Source: Octopus sinensis
Taxonomy: Eukaryota
Reading direction: 5' to 3'
Assembly: GCF_006345805.1 (NCBI RefSeq)
Contig: NC_043023.1
Span: forward strand, 4,650,001-4,714,000
Length of the DNA stretch: 64,000 bases
The position numbers were made by a program, and so were the translations under genes. Below the pieces are notes generated by a model. The model was not told the DNA's origin and ran no database searches. It worked only from the letters and a program-made list of their open reading frames with translations. Every line of letters starts with the position of its first letter. Positions within the stretch are counted from its first letter, which is position 1. This document shows, one piece after another, positions 13,511 to 25,262 of the stretch.

Positions 13511-14290
13511 AATGCCTCCGTATAAACGGTGAAAATATTGTCAATTTCCCCAAACAGGGACACAATTTGATTTTTAAACAATAACCAAAGCTCCTTCTCC
13601 CAAAGGGGGAGGGTTACAGTTTACAATTATTTAACAAATGCAAGACAACAACGTTTCCCTTACGAGGAACCAACAAACGTGATAACAATAGTTAAACAGT
13701 AATAATAATAACAACAAACCTTACAGTGAATCAAAAATCAGTACGCAGTTGAAGCTATAGTCCTTTATGTATAAGAAATAAACTAACAGCAGTACTCAGT
13801 AGAAGCGGCTGTTCGAGAAAACAGACATTACATACAGCCAAACTTCATATAGATACTTAATACTAGCTAATTAGCAGATAATCTAATATCAAAGCTGTGG
13901 TAAACGGTATGTGCACAGCTCCATCTGGACTATTCCATTTTTGCACACTAATTTTATTTTTAATTTATTCCCATTCATATGAAACCACTTATTCAAGTTC
14001 AAGTCATTGATGCAATTTTATACCAATTGCTATTATATTGTACTTTAGTTTGATTTTAATTATTACTTACTACATATAATTCAATTGTTATTATTATCTC
14101 TAATTTTTATTGTTAAAGTATCTGACATAAAATAGAGAAATGTTTTTGTTTCACTTTTAACACGTAATACTAAAATAGTGGAGAAGATATGATATTGCTA
14201 TGGAAGCCAGACAGCTGCTCTGGCAGTGATCCTGCTCAGATGGAGCTGTTAGCGCTCCACAGGCACAGGTGCCAGTCAGCGAATTCGGTT

Positions 14291-14357
14291 CAATTTGTCA
14301 CCAGCAGAGGTAAGAGCTCTCTGAACTTTGCCCAGGCTATTCTTATTCTAGCAGCTA
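14291..14357 (-). mobile_element. Short RTE RT fragment
   Basis: Near-identical to 23250-23315. Confidence 0.75.
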
Positions 14358-14404
14358 ACACTTTCAGCTACACTATGATAAATAGGAGGACTGAACCTTA
14401 TATA

Positions 14405-14800
14405 TATATATATATATATATATAACGGGAAGCTTTATGAAAATAGACAAAAGACGAAGGCAATAGATGTGTGTATTTTTCCCTTGTTAACAATTAACAC
14501 AGAAAAAATAGATAAATAGTTACCAGGGTAGCAAAAAATTGCACAAGTAAAAAGGTTATAACTCCTTGTTTTTAAAGGTAGAAACTCTGGGTTTACATGA
14601 AATATTTTGTATAATATATATAAATAAATAAATGGAGTTAAACGCAGGTGTTATCCAAATTCTTTTACTTCCGACACATGTTTCGAAGATATCACTGGTA
14701 TTATTCCAAAGGAATAAAATGGTGTAAAACAATCTTCTCTTCAGGGAAGTGATGAAATGAAACTCATCAATAAGACATTTTAACAGAATATGGATATTAG
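14405..14800 (-). mobile_element. Penelope-like terminal-repeat fragments hosting the 14667-14750 hammerhead
   Basis: 14405-14460 resembles the pseudo-LTR ends at 49956 and 59650; inserted in (TA)n; contains a hammerhead. Confidence 0.45.
14667..14750 (-). ncRNA. Type I hammerhead ribozyme, canonical core
   Basis: Minus strand: ACUUCC-CUGAAGA-GAAGAU...AUCUUC-GAAAC-AUGU-GUC^GGAAGU. Helix I 6 bp and helix II 6 bp, both perfect; distal hairpin UUAUUCC/GGAAUAA; helix III 2 bp with palindromic ACAUGU. Predicted cleavage between 14673 and 14672. Confidence 0.85.
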
Positions 14801-16058
14801 ACTGTTTTCTTTTTTTTCCGTTTTAGTGACCGGGCGCTGCCTTGATCCTTTTACTGTTTCACTATAATGCATGCAGCAACAGACAAAACAACCGTTCATT
14901 TTCACTTTTAGATAGCAGGATGGCGGAAGCGGGGAATTTTGGGTCAGAGTTTTCCATAAAAAATTGGAAATTAAAATTTGAATTTGTGTCTATTTTTTCC
15001 ATATTCATATTCTCCTATTTTCCCACGTAGATTGATATTTTTAAAAATCGAAAAATATTTTTAAAAAAAAACACTTTAATTTCACGTGAATTACTTTGTG
15101 TTATTACTGCGGGAAATTACTCTGAAAGAAATCTTTGCAGAAAGGTGGGAAGATAGATTACATAATTCTTTCATTATGTTATCGCAGTTTTGTGAGATTT
15201 GGTTGTTATTTCTAGCATGTGGATAGCCTGCCTGAGAATTGAAATTTTGAAAAAGTTTTTTTTCAGAATCGGATTCTCCATAACCGAAAACGTGGGATTC
15301 CATAAAAAAAAAAATATATATATATATCCATTTTCTTGAAAGTTATGACGGAAAAATCGGATCTTGTGAATTTTCCGAAAGTCCTATCCCCACCCGACAG
15401 GTTCGTTTGCGCAAATTTTATCTTGGCATATTCCTTTCCTACACAATTGTTAACACCCAGCAGGCTGGAGTTTTTCTTTTTGTTTTGTTTTGTTTTTGTT
15501 AACGGGTGAAGATCTTTATATTAACCTGTTTCTTTATTACCCACAAGGGGCTAAACATAGAGGGGACAAACAAGGACAGACACACGGATTAAATCGATTA
15601 CATCGACGCCAGTGTGTAACTGGTACTTAATTTATCGACCCCGAAAGGATGAAAGGCAAAGTGGACCTCATTAACCAGCCAAGCGCCCTCACGAGCATCA
15701 CCTGACACCTCGGTGAGGTGATCTGCCCAAAACTTCGCGGTTAGTGGCCCAGTCCATCCGAATGTCTTAAACGCCACAGATAGTTCAGTTAGGTCCCGAT
15801 ACTTCAGGGTTTTCTTCCGTTCGACTACAAATATATAATAGATATACAGCCATAGAAATAGGTGCACACTGGAACACACATGTAATAACCACACAAATGG
15901 GTTGAGACACACACGCACATATCTACAGATATATGTTAACAAATATACAAATACACAGAGATAGGTACACATACATGTACACAATCACGTACGGTTGTAC
16001 ATAGATAATTGCATTCACATACATATATACAGGTATACACATACACAATAGCCCTAGA

Positions 16059-16583
16059 TAGGGCTAATGCAGAATCGAACCTCTCCTTGAAAAATGCATT
16101 TTTTATTTTTTGGGAAAATTTTTTTTTCGAATTCCTACGGTTTAGATGTCGAAGATTACGAATATGCCAAAAAAAACTTTTTTTAATTTTCATCCCCACC
16201 CCACTAACAATCTTGATTTTGTTTACTTTAAAGAGATTGTAGTTAATTGACGAACATGCAAATCGAAATTATATATAGACAAAAATATTTAAGTGAAAAG
16301 AATTTACGTTTTACTTGTGTTTGCCTTCAATAATCATAAATAATAATTGAACGTAGGTTGAATATACACCATTTTATGAGAAACAAACATTAATATTTAA
16401 TAATTAATGTTATAAAGTTTAATAAAGGGCTCAAATTTCATGCCCTCCCCCAATTTTAAATTTTGAACTTTTTCATCCATTTATTTATTTGTCTGCCTAT
16501 CTTATTTATCCCTATCCGTTTATTCATAAAATATATTAGTCAATCAAATGTGGCGGTAGAGGTGCGATTCTGCATTAGCCCTC
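16059..16583. mobile_element. MITE with about 25-bp TIRs
   Basis: tagggctaatgcagaatcgaacctct / agaggtgcgattctgcattagccct; no TSD recognised. Confidence 0.7.
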
Positions 16584-17079
16584 AATGAATATAGTCACAT
16601 ATACAAAGAGGTACACAGAAAGACAGGTACTTATACAAAAACATGCACGCAGGTACTCTCTCTCTCTCTCACACACACATACACAAAGACGTATACACAC
16701 TCACATACGCGCACACAGGTAGACAAGCAGTAACTTTCACACACACACACACCCACATACAGGTACTCAAACAGGAGCTGACCCACTCACGTACAGACAT
16801 ACAAACACACACACCTTGTCACAGGTAGAAAGACACTCTGACACACACCTTAACCAACATGGCTGACTTGGTGAAGTGATTTGGACTTTTACAAATACTT
16901 GATAAAGAGAGAAACTTTAATAACTACCAACATACAACATACTGATGTCTTCTACACAGTGGAGTAAGTATAATATACATACATACATATATATATATAT
17001 ATAGTTATAAACGTTTATGAGATGTGTTGTTTAATGGGCCTAACGTTCATATGTACATTTAGAGTTACAGGTGTCCGTG

Positions 17080-17110
<31 letters not shown>

Positions 17111-17183
17111 GAATATATATACTTATATATATATATATATATATACACATACATATGTATAATATATATATAGAGAAGGTTGA

Positions 17184-17219
<36 letters not shown>

Positions 17220-18112
17220 AAATCGTTTGTAGAAAAACAAATCCGGAGAAGCACACTCTAAAATGTAGAGCAGTTAATATTATAATGGGGTAGGCACATA
17301 TATATGTGTGTGTGTATATATGGTATATTTTTAATAAATATAGACATATATAAATATGTATGTATATTCTGGCACATATCCATACGCACACACATCCCTT
17401 CTGTATGTGACACATATCCTTATATGTGTACGTATACAACACCTGTACATGTGCATACCTATTTATAATGTATTGCATGCATGCATGTGTGTGTGTGTAT
17501 ATATATATATATAAATATATATGTGTGTGTGTGTATGTATGTATACACACGCACACACACCACAAAACAATTTATGGGTGTGAGTCAGATTTAAAACTTA
17601 TCCGAGTTATTTTGTACCTCATTTATGGTCACCTACATTCCAGCAATGACCGCCCCATACTTTGCCGGTTTTCTCTAATGCATACTTTTCAAGAAAGTTT
17701 AAATTCAATTTAAAGAATATGTTACTGTCAATTCTGGTACGTACTCTAACCCGTAGAAGTCAGTGAACCGTTTCTTTGTTTGTGATGCATGAACGATGTA
17801 AGAGGTGTGTCAACTATGATGGCGCAGACTATGTGTGAGTATATTATTTTATTCTTTTACTTGTTTCAGTCATTTGACTGTGGCCATGTTGTATGTGTGT
17901 ACGTAACTGTCTATATAAGTATGTATATATGAGTATACCGCTACGTTCTGAGTTCAAATTCCGCCGAGGTTGACTTTGACTTTCATCCTTTCGGGGTCGA
18001 TAAATTAAGTACCAGTTACGCACTGAGGTCGATGTAATCGACTTAATCCGTTTGTCTGTCCTTGTTTGTCCCCTCTGTGTTTAGCCCCTTGTGGGTTGTA
18101 AAGAAATATATA

Positions 18113-18150
<38 letters not shown>

Positions 18151-18189
18151 CTATACATTTATGTGTGTGTTTGTGTATAGAGGAATTAG

Positions 18190-18525
18190 ATGCAGTGTGG
18201 TTTGGTCATGTGATGTGGATGAATGCTGACGACCTCACGACGCTGGACCTTTCTGACGGGAGACTTCACAGCAGAAGTGTTAAGGCCAATCTTCCTGACA
18301 AAGAAGATTGGCTTGCAAGAGTTGTGTGCTGATGCCACATAAAAGTGCTCACGTAGTACCATGTTAAAAGCACCCAGCACACACTATGAAGCTGTTGGCA
18401 TTCGGAAGGGCATCCAGCCATAGAAAACAAACCAAATCAAACTAGAACTTGGTACAGCTTGCCAGGTGTGGTCAAACTGTCTAATCCATGCCAGCATGGG
18501 AAACGAACATTAAAGGTTGATGACG
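18190..18525 (+). mobile_element. Degenerate RTE 3' end
   Basis: WFGHVMWM motif plus the RTE 3' UTR (gaagggcatccagc..ccatgccagcatgg). A similar UTR piece is at 26790-26897. Confidence 0.6.
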
Positions 18526-18614
18526 GTGTGTGTATAGGAGTAAATGTAAGAACAAGCAAGTTGGGCAAGTTCATATACAAAAAATATTAAATACATTTAA
18601 TACAAAAATTGTAC

Positions 18615-18881
18615 ATATGTATACATATAAAATGTCCGACTTAGAATAGAAATGATATCAGGAATTAAAGGGGTTGAGTAGGAGCTTCAAACTCCATTCT
18701 CTAAATTCCGAAGATGGAGGCTGGTGTTATCTAATGATGGAATCGAGATAAAATCATCATTTTGGACCATCAACCCCCAAGAAACAGCTGTTGGACTCAT
18801 AAAACTCCTACTTAACCCCCTTTAATTCCTGATATCATTTCTATTCTGTGTGAATTGGACTTTTTTTATATGTATACATAT
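18615..18881. repeat. Fold-back: about 70-bp inverted arms (18615-18684 / 18805-18881)
   Basis: Arms are reverse complements; the interior carries the GAAACAGCTGT motif seen in other PLE-type repeats here. Confidence 0.75.
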
Positions 18882-19263
18882 ACTCTTTTACTTGTTTTAG
18901 TCATTTGACTGTGGCCATGCTGGAGCACTGCCTTTAGTTGAGCAAATCAACCCCAAGACTTATTCTTTGGAAACCTAGTACTTATTCTATCGGTACTCTT
19001 TTGCCGAACCGCTAAGTTACGGGGACGTAAACACACCACCATCGGTTGTCAAGTGATGTTGGGGTGATAAACACAGACACACAAACACATACATACACGT
19101 ATACGATGGGCTTCTTTCAGTTTCCGTTTACCAAATCCACTCACAAGGCTTTGGTCAGCCCGAGGCTATAGTAGAAGACACTTGCCCAAGGTGCCATGCA
19201 GTGAGAATGAACCCAGAACCATGTGGTTGGTAAGCAAGCTACTTACCACACAGCCACTCCTGT
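18882..19263 (-). mobile_element. Full-length SINE family A (tRNA-derived head, CORE-like segment)
   Basis: A-box TGGCTGTGTGGT, B-box GGTTC(T)GGGTTC/AGTCCC region, CCTTGGGCAAGTG core-like segment, internal (GT)n. Confidence 0.85.
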
Positions 19264-19323
19264 GCTACACTTTTTATATTAAATGTTGTTCTATATTTTA
19301 GAGATGAGGAATTCTGTACATTA

Positions 19324-19786
19324 TTTACATTGGACAGGTATGTGTCGCCATCTTGTTTATTACTATGTTTTGGCTGATTTACTTTCCAGCCTTCATCAGG
19401 TGTCCTGGTCAAATTTTGAACCCAACCCTGGGTTCTCATTCCTGAGGTATTTTTTTGCTGATGTTGTTGTTATTATTATGTATTCAAGGAATTGCACTTG
19501 CAATCTTGGGGTTAGTGGCCCGCACTCTTAACTATTATTCTATATACCTGTGGACAATTATAGTGTGAATTTTAAAATTTACTAACCTCAAGATTGCAAG
19601 TTCAGTTCCAGGCAGTGCCTTGAATAAATAACAACAACAACACTAGCAAAAAAATACGTTAGAAATGAGAACCCAGAGTTGGGTTCAAAATTTCCCCAGG
19701 ATACCTGATGAAAGCTGGAAAGTAAATCAGCCAAAACATTGTGGTAACAACAAACAAGATGAGGACACATATCCGTCCAATGTAAA
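19324..19786. mobile_element. Inverted pair of PLE-type pseudo-LTR fragments (arms 19324-19516 / 19581-19786)
   Basis: Arms are about 85% reverse complements by eye; each holds CTGATGAA-GGCTG..CAGCC-AAAAC, a decayed hammerhead. Confidence 0.75.
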
Positions 19787-20507
19787 TTATATTAAATGTA
19801 TTTAATATTTTTTGTATATGGACTTACCTAACTTGCTTTTCCTTACATTTACTCTAATTGTGCAAGTTAAAATCTCTCGAGCACTGTGAAGTGTATTCTA
19901 TACTGAGAATACCTGTCTCTGATCTATAAGCTCTATATATATCTTCTTGTCTTGTTATTCTCCTTGTCCTGTCTTTTACTGTTTATATTTTGTACTGTCG
20001 TTACTGTCCTGTTTTTATCACCATTTTTACTCCTCCACAAAAAGATCTCAAATTTTATTTAATTTGCTTTTCGTGGGAAGGAAAGTTTCTATCGAAGATG
20101 CGCATCGCCTTCACCTTCGAAACGCAGAGTAGATGAAACCATGGCGACTGAAGAAGGGGAATTTTCCTTGTGTTATTTGTCCTGTATACTATTTTTTCGT
20201 TGTTTAAGAAAAATGTCCAGTTCCTTGGTTTTGTGTTTGTTTTTGTTTCTCATTGTGTTCGACGTTTTCTTGGTGTCCTGTACCCATATATGCATGTATA
20301 TATACATGTAGATGTAGGTTCATACATATATGTATATATGCATATGTTTTATTTATTAATTTATTATATATATATATGTATACACACACACACACACATA
20401 TATATAGTTTATAGATCAGAGACATGTATTCCCTGTATAGAATATACTAAAATGTTCTTCATGATAAAATTATTTTAGCATTTGGCTGCTATTTAGAGAT
20501 TTGACTG

Positions 20508-20598
20508 CTATTTCTAGCATGCCCTGCTACCATGTAACAGCTATTTGCAATAAAGGACCCGAAATAGCTGTTACGCGGCAGCAGGGTGTGCAAGAAAT
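20508..20598. repeat. About 90-bp imperfect hairpin (mini-MITE-like)
   Basis: tatttctagcatgccctgctaccatgtaacagctattt / aaatagctgttacgcggcagcagggtgtgcaagaaata. Confidence 0.7.
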
Positions 20599-20773
20599 AG
20601 AAGCCAAATCTTTCCTTTTCTGGGGAAAGGAGCTGTTTACATGTGATTTCAATGTCACATTTGTTGAAAGCATGCAAAATAAACTAGAAAAGAAAAGAAA
20701 AAAACACGAAATAAAACTCCATTGCTGAGAAACTCAGAGTTTCCTGGTGACCCAATGTGTCACAGGAAGTCTA

Positions 20774-20815
<42 letters not shown>

Positions 20816-21086
20816 GTATGTTTAAAAAATTTTGAGGATTCAGGAGAATCCGGTATTTAAATAGAGAAAACACCAAGGTCAAGTCAGTTGTAGCACTGTT
20901 GTGTAGAAACCAATGTCTAACAATGAATACATATTCACCAAAGTAAACACAAATTTATTCTCCAGTAACGCATACATTCACAAATGGCTGACTGAATATA
21001 CAATGAGTCATCAATATCACACTCACTGCACCTATTGTACTCCAAACAAATTGTCAGTTCCGAGTTAGGTGAAGGAGAAACAATAA

Positions 21087-21660
21087 CAACAGATGGTTTG
21101 TGGTTCACTACAGCTGTTTCAAACATGTTCTTTATTGATGAACATCATACAAAAATAAAACCTTTTCATCAACTGAATACAGGTAATAATTAACAATTAG
21201 AACTTCTTAAGAACAAGTACATAATGCCAGATGACTCTGGCAATCCAAATTTGATCTCAGTGTGCAAAGTTTAAGCTAGCATCAAGTTTATGACAAGTAA
21301 CTATTTAGAAATTACCATTCTTTATTTACAGGGTCTTTACCAGGTCAAACAAAATCATGCATTCACTTCATCTCTCTTCTTCAGTCTTTCTTTCTCCACT
21401 TCCCTTATGCTTCTCAATCTACTTCCCTCCCTGATCCAGGCCCTTTAGCAAATTCCTCATTATAAACTTGATACTTATAATTTTCACTCTGACCAAATTT
21501 GGGTCACCTGAGTCATCTGGCAATATGTACTTGTTCTTAAGAAGTTCTAATTACTAATTCCTACCTGTATTCACTTGGTTTTTATCCATGATGTAACTCT
21601 TCTGTTCATTAATAAAAAACATGTCTGAAACAGCTATAGTGAACCACAATCCATCTGTTG
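21087..21660. mobile_element. Inverted pair of PLE-type repeats (arms 21087-21291 / 21462-21660)
   Basis: About 200-bp reverse-complement arms, both with a GAAACAGCT(G/A)TAGTGAA hammerhead 3' half. Confidence 0.75.
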
Positions 21661-21675
21661 CAATTGTCTATTTAT

Positions 21676-21710
<35 letters not shown>

Positions 21711-22261
21711 CTAAATACTTGTAAGGACACCATATTTAGTTATGCAGCCATAATATATCAGCAAGTATATTAAAGGGTTAAAGTCAATATTGTGTCCTAC
21801 CATGTTAGCAGTGCCATTCAATCACTTTTTAAGGTTACCTCTACAGAATTTCTATACACCAGCGATGTGTTTAATGTGTAAAATTGGTTCATCCAATAAC
21901 ATTATACTGCTATATTTAGTGATTAAGCAATGAGTTTGTTCATGGCTAATGGGTTGCATGTGGTGCTGAAGAAGCAAGAACTCTTGAAATATTGCATATA
22001 ACGCCCATTCCCTATTTATTTTCCTATCTTCAATCTTGTGATTTACATTAGACATATTTGGATATGAAACATTGTAACAAATAAGTGCTGGCTGTAATTT
22101 CTATAGAAAATCTGTGGAGATAACCTTAACAAAGCATGTCCTGTGTGAGGATTAGCCACATTTGTCACCAACATTAATGGTCCAAATATTCATCCAGGAG
22201 GAGAAATTGATCCTTGGATCTGAAGGACAAGTCAATGCCAACAATATATATATATATATAT

Positions 22262-23370
22262 ATCATTCATCATCATCATCGTTTAACGTCCGCTTTCCAT
22301 GCTACCATGGGTTGGATGATTTGACTGAGGGCTGGCAAACCAGATGGCTACACCAGGCTCCAATCTTGATCTGGCAGAGTTTCTACAGCTGGATGCCCTT
22401 CCTAACACCAACCACTCCAAGAGTGTAGTGGGTGCTTTTACTGGCACGGGGGCCAGTCAGGAGGTTCTGGCAACTACCTCGCTTGAATGTTTTTACACAT
22501 GCCACCGGCACAGGTGCCAGTAAGGCGATGCTGGTAACGATCACGCTCGAACGGTGCCTTTTACGTGCCACTGGCACAGGAGCCAGTTAGCTGCTCTGGC
22601 AACGATCACTCTCGGATGGTGCTCTTAGCGCTCTACTAGCATGGATGCCAGTCATCGAATTTGATTTTTATTTTGATTTCAGATTTCACTTGCCTCAAAA
22701 GGTCTTCACAAGCAGAATTTAGTGTCCAAAGAAGGAAAAGGTATGCATAAGTGGGCTGGTTACGCTCCTGGCATAGGCCATGAGGTTATGGTCTCATTTG
22801 GCTTGCCAGATCTTCTCAAGCACAGCATATTTCCATAAGTCTTGGTCACTAGTCATTTCCTTGGTGAGGCCTAAAGTTCAAAGGCCGTGCTTCACCACTT
22901 TATCCCAGGTCTTCCTGGGTCTACCTCTTCCACAGGTTCCCTCAACTGCTAGGGTGTGGCTCTTTTTCACACAACTATCTTCATCCATTCTCGCCACATG
23001 ACCATACCAGTGCAGTCGTCTCTCTTGCACACCACATCTCATCCTTCTTAGGTCCAACTTTTCTCTCATGGTACTTACACTCTGTCGAGTATGCACACTG
23101 ACATTACACATCCAGCAGAGCATACTGGCTTCATTAATTGCAAGCTTATGCATGTCCTCAGCAATCACGGCCCATGTTTCACTGCCATGTAGCATGGCTG
23201 TTTGTACACATGCGTCATACAGTCTACCTTTTACTCTGAGCGAGAGGCCCTTTGTCACCAGCAGGGGTAAGAGCTCTCTGAACTTTGCCCAAGCTATTCT
23301 TATTCTAGCAGCTACATTTTCAGCGCACTCTTCCCCACTATTGACTTGGTCACCTAGGTAATGGAAGCTA
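22262..23370 (-). mobile_element. RTE LINE, 5'-truncated: RT C-terminus + 3' UTR + (GAT)n tail
   Basis: ORF 22878-23258: LSLRVKGRLYDACVQTAMLHGSETWAV..RRLHWYGHVARMDEDSCVKK..GRGRPRKTW. Confidence 0.9.
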
Positions 23371-24589
23371 TCAACTAATTATCTATCTATCTATCTATCT
23401 ATATATATATATATATATATATATAGATCGATCAATAGATAGATAGATAGATGTTGATTGATTGATTGATTGATTGATTGGGTGGGTGTGTATACATATA
23501 TTCCATATACACCCACTACCCATTTTTCATCTCTGATCTTGGATATGAAACAACAAAATTGGTGCTGGTCATAGAAAAATCTGTGGAGATAACCTTAACG
23601 AGTGTTGTAATGGCACTGCTAACACAGCAGAGCACAGACTTATTAAAGCATTTAATAGAATTTGTAGTATATTATGGTTGCATAACAAAATACTGTCCCT
23701 ACAGGTCATTAATAATAGAACCTGCTATTACATTGGCTCCATGTGAATGTCAGAGTTGGTTGTGGTTGCTGCTGCCTGACCTTTTTTTATTCTTTTTCTT
23801 TCAAACAGTATTGCGTTATTGTTTATATTTTGTTGGTAGTTGGGACAGGTGGTAACAGTCATTTCAAAAGTTAGATCAAAGCTAACCTGCTTCACAGTTG
23901 ACTTCAGCTATTCTTTAATGTCTATTCTGTAACTCCTGTCTATTCATCGTGATGACATGGCCAGTCCGTCAAAGGTAATGTTTGATGATTAGGCGATACT
24001 CTGGCTAATTAGTCATTCCAGCATGGAGTTACTGGGGACAGTCAGACCACTTGATGTTCAAGAGAAAGTGAACTTTCAGTGTCTGTAAGAAGTTTGCTTC
24101 CCAACCACATGGCTGTGGGTTCAGTCAGAGATAGACTAAGTAAATTTTATAGCCATATTGAGTTTTTAGGTGCTGGAACACCCTGCCAACAGCCCAGACT
24201 CAATATCTCCCTTTCACTTTCCTTTTTTATCTTAAACTAGAGTAAAATAAAAGTATAAGCTACCCATACTTAAACTCAGTTTGCATCAGACCACAGTTGT
24301 AAAAAGACCTTGAATGAAGGTGCAGAGCAGAATATTGCAGGTTGCATATGCAACTGTACATATTCTATGCAGCAGAAACATATTTCAGTCGTTTGAACTA
24401 ATTATGCTGTATAATGAAAAGAAAAAAATATGAAGATGTACAAGTTTCCATCAACAAAAGCACAAAAACCGATTTAACAGCTCCATACTTTGTATTGTTG
24501 TTACTGGTTTAGCAAAACAATTATGAGAATGGAACCAAGGGATAAGCCCTGCTTTCCCAGGAATTATCGGGAGCGTCAGCTGGTATATG

Positions 24590-25185
24590 TATAAGGGGAG
24601 TGTCAGAAATTATATGCACCCTTGTTTTTTCAGTATATTTATACAAAAGCAGGGAATAAACAAGTACATCATTTTTCTATATAGTCTCCTTCCTTTTTGA
24701 TGCACTTGGTCCAGTGGTCCACAAGCTTGCGTATTCCCTCCAAGAAGAAGATTTTCAGTTGGTCATGCAACCATTTATGCACCGATTCCTTCAAATCTTC
24801 ATCCGTAGGAGATCAACAACTTCATAAACCATCTTGGAGTGGTCCAAAGATATGATAGTTGGAAGGGACGAGGTCTGGGCTATTTTGGTAGGGTCTTCCA
24901 AGAACCTCAAAACTCAATTGGTTAATGGTTTCAACTGTCTGGGAGGCTGTGTGTGGGTGTGCATTGCCATGCAACAACAAAACTGTCTCCGATAATAGAT
25001 TGCAGCATTTGGTGCGAATTGCTGGCTTCGGTTTGTTGGCCAGCAAAGCACTGTATCTTGCACTGTTGATCGTTTCTAGAAAAGTTGGATCACTGCTCTT
25101 TGTTCTTCTTTGGTGCACTTTGCTAATGAAGCAGTCATTAAAGATATGTTATGGTGAAAATGTGGATAATTTTAGACTTCCCCTC

Positions 25186-25186
<1 letters not shown>
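24590..25186 (-). mobile_element. Internally deleted mariner with both TIRs
   Basis: LLLHGNAHPHTA..SPDLVPSNYHIFGPLQDGL; TIR-like ends taaggggagtgtcagaaattat / ataattttagacttcccctcg. Confidence 0.8.

Positions 25187-25262
<76 letters not shown>

Noticed and set aside
17785-17845. Frame reading CKRCVNYDGADY, reminiscent of the IRF2BP zinc finger (CRGCVNYEGAD)
   Set aside because: Upstream residues do not match, an in-frame stop lies just upstream, and there is no acceptor; likely coincidence.
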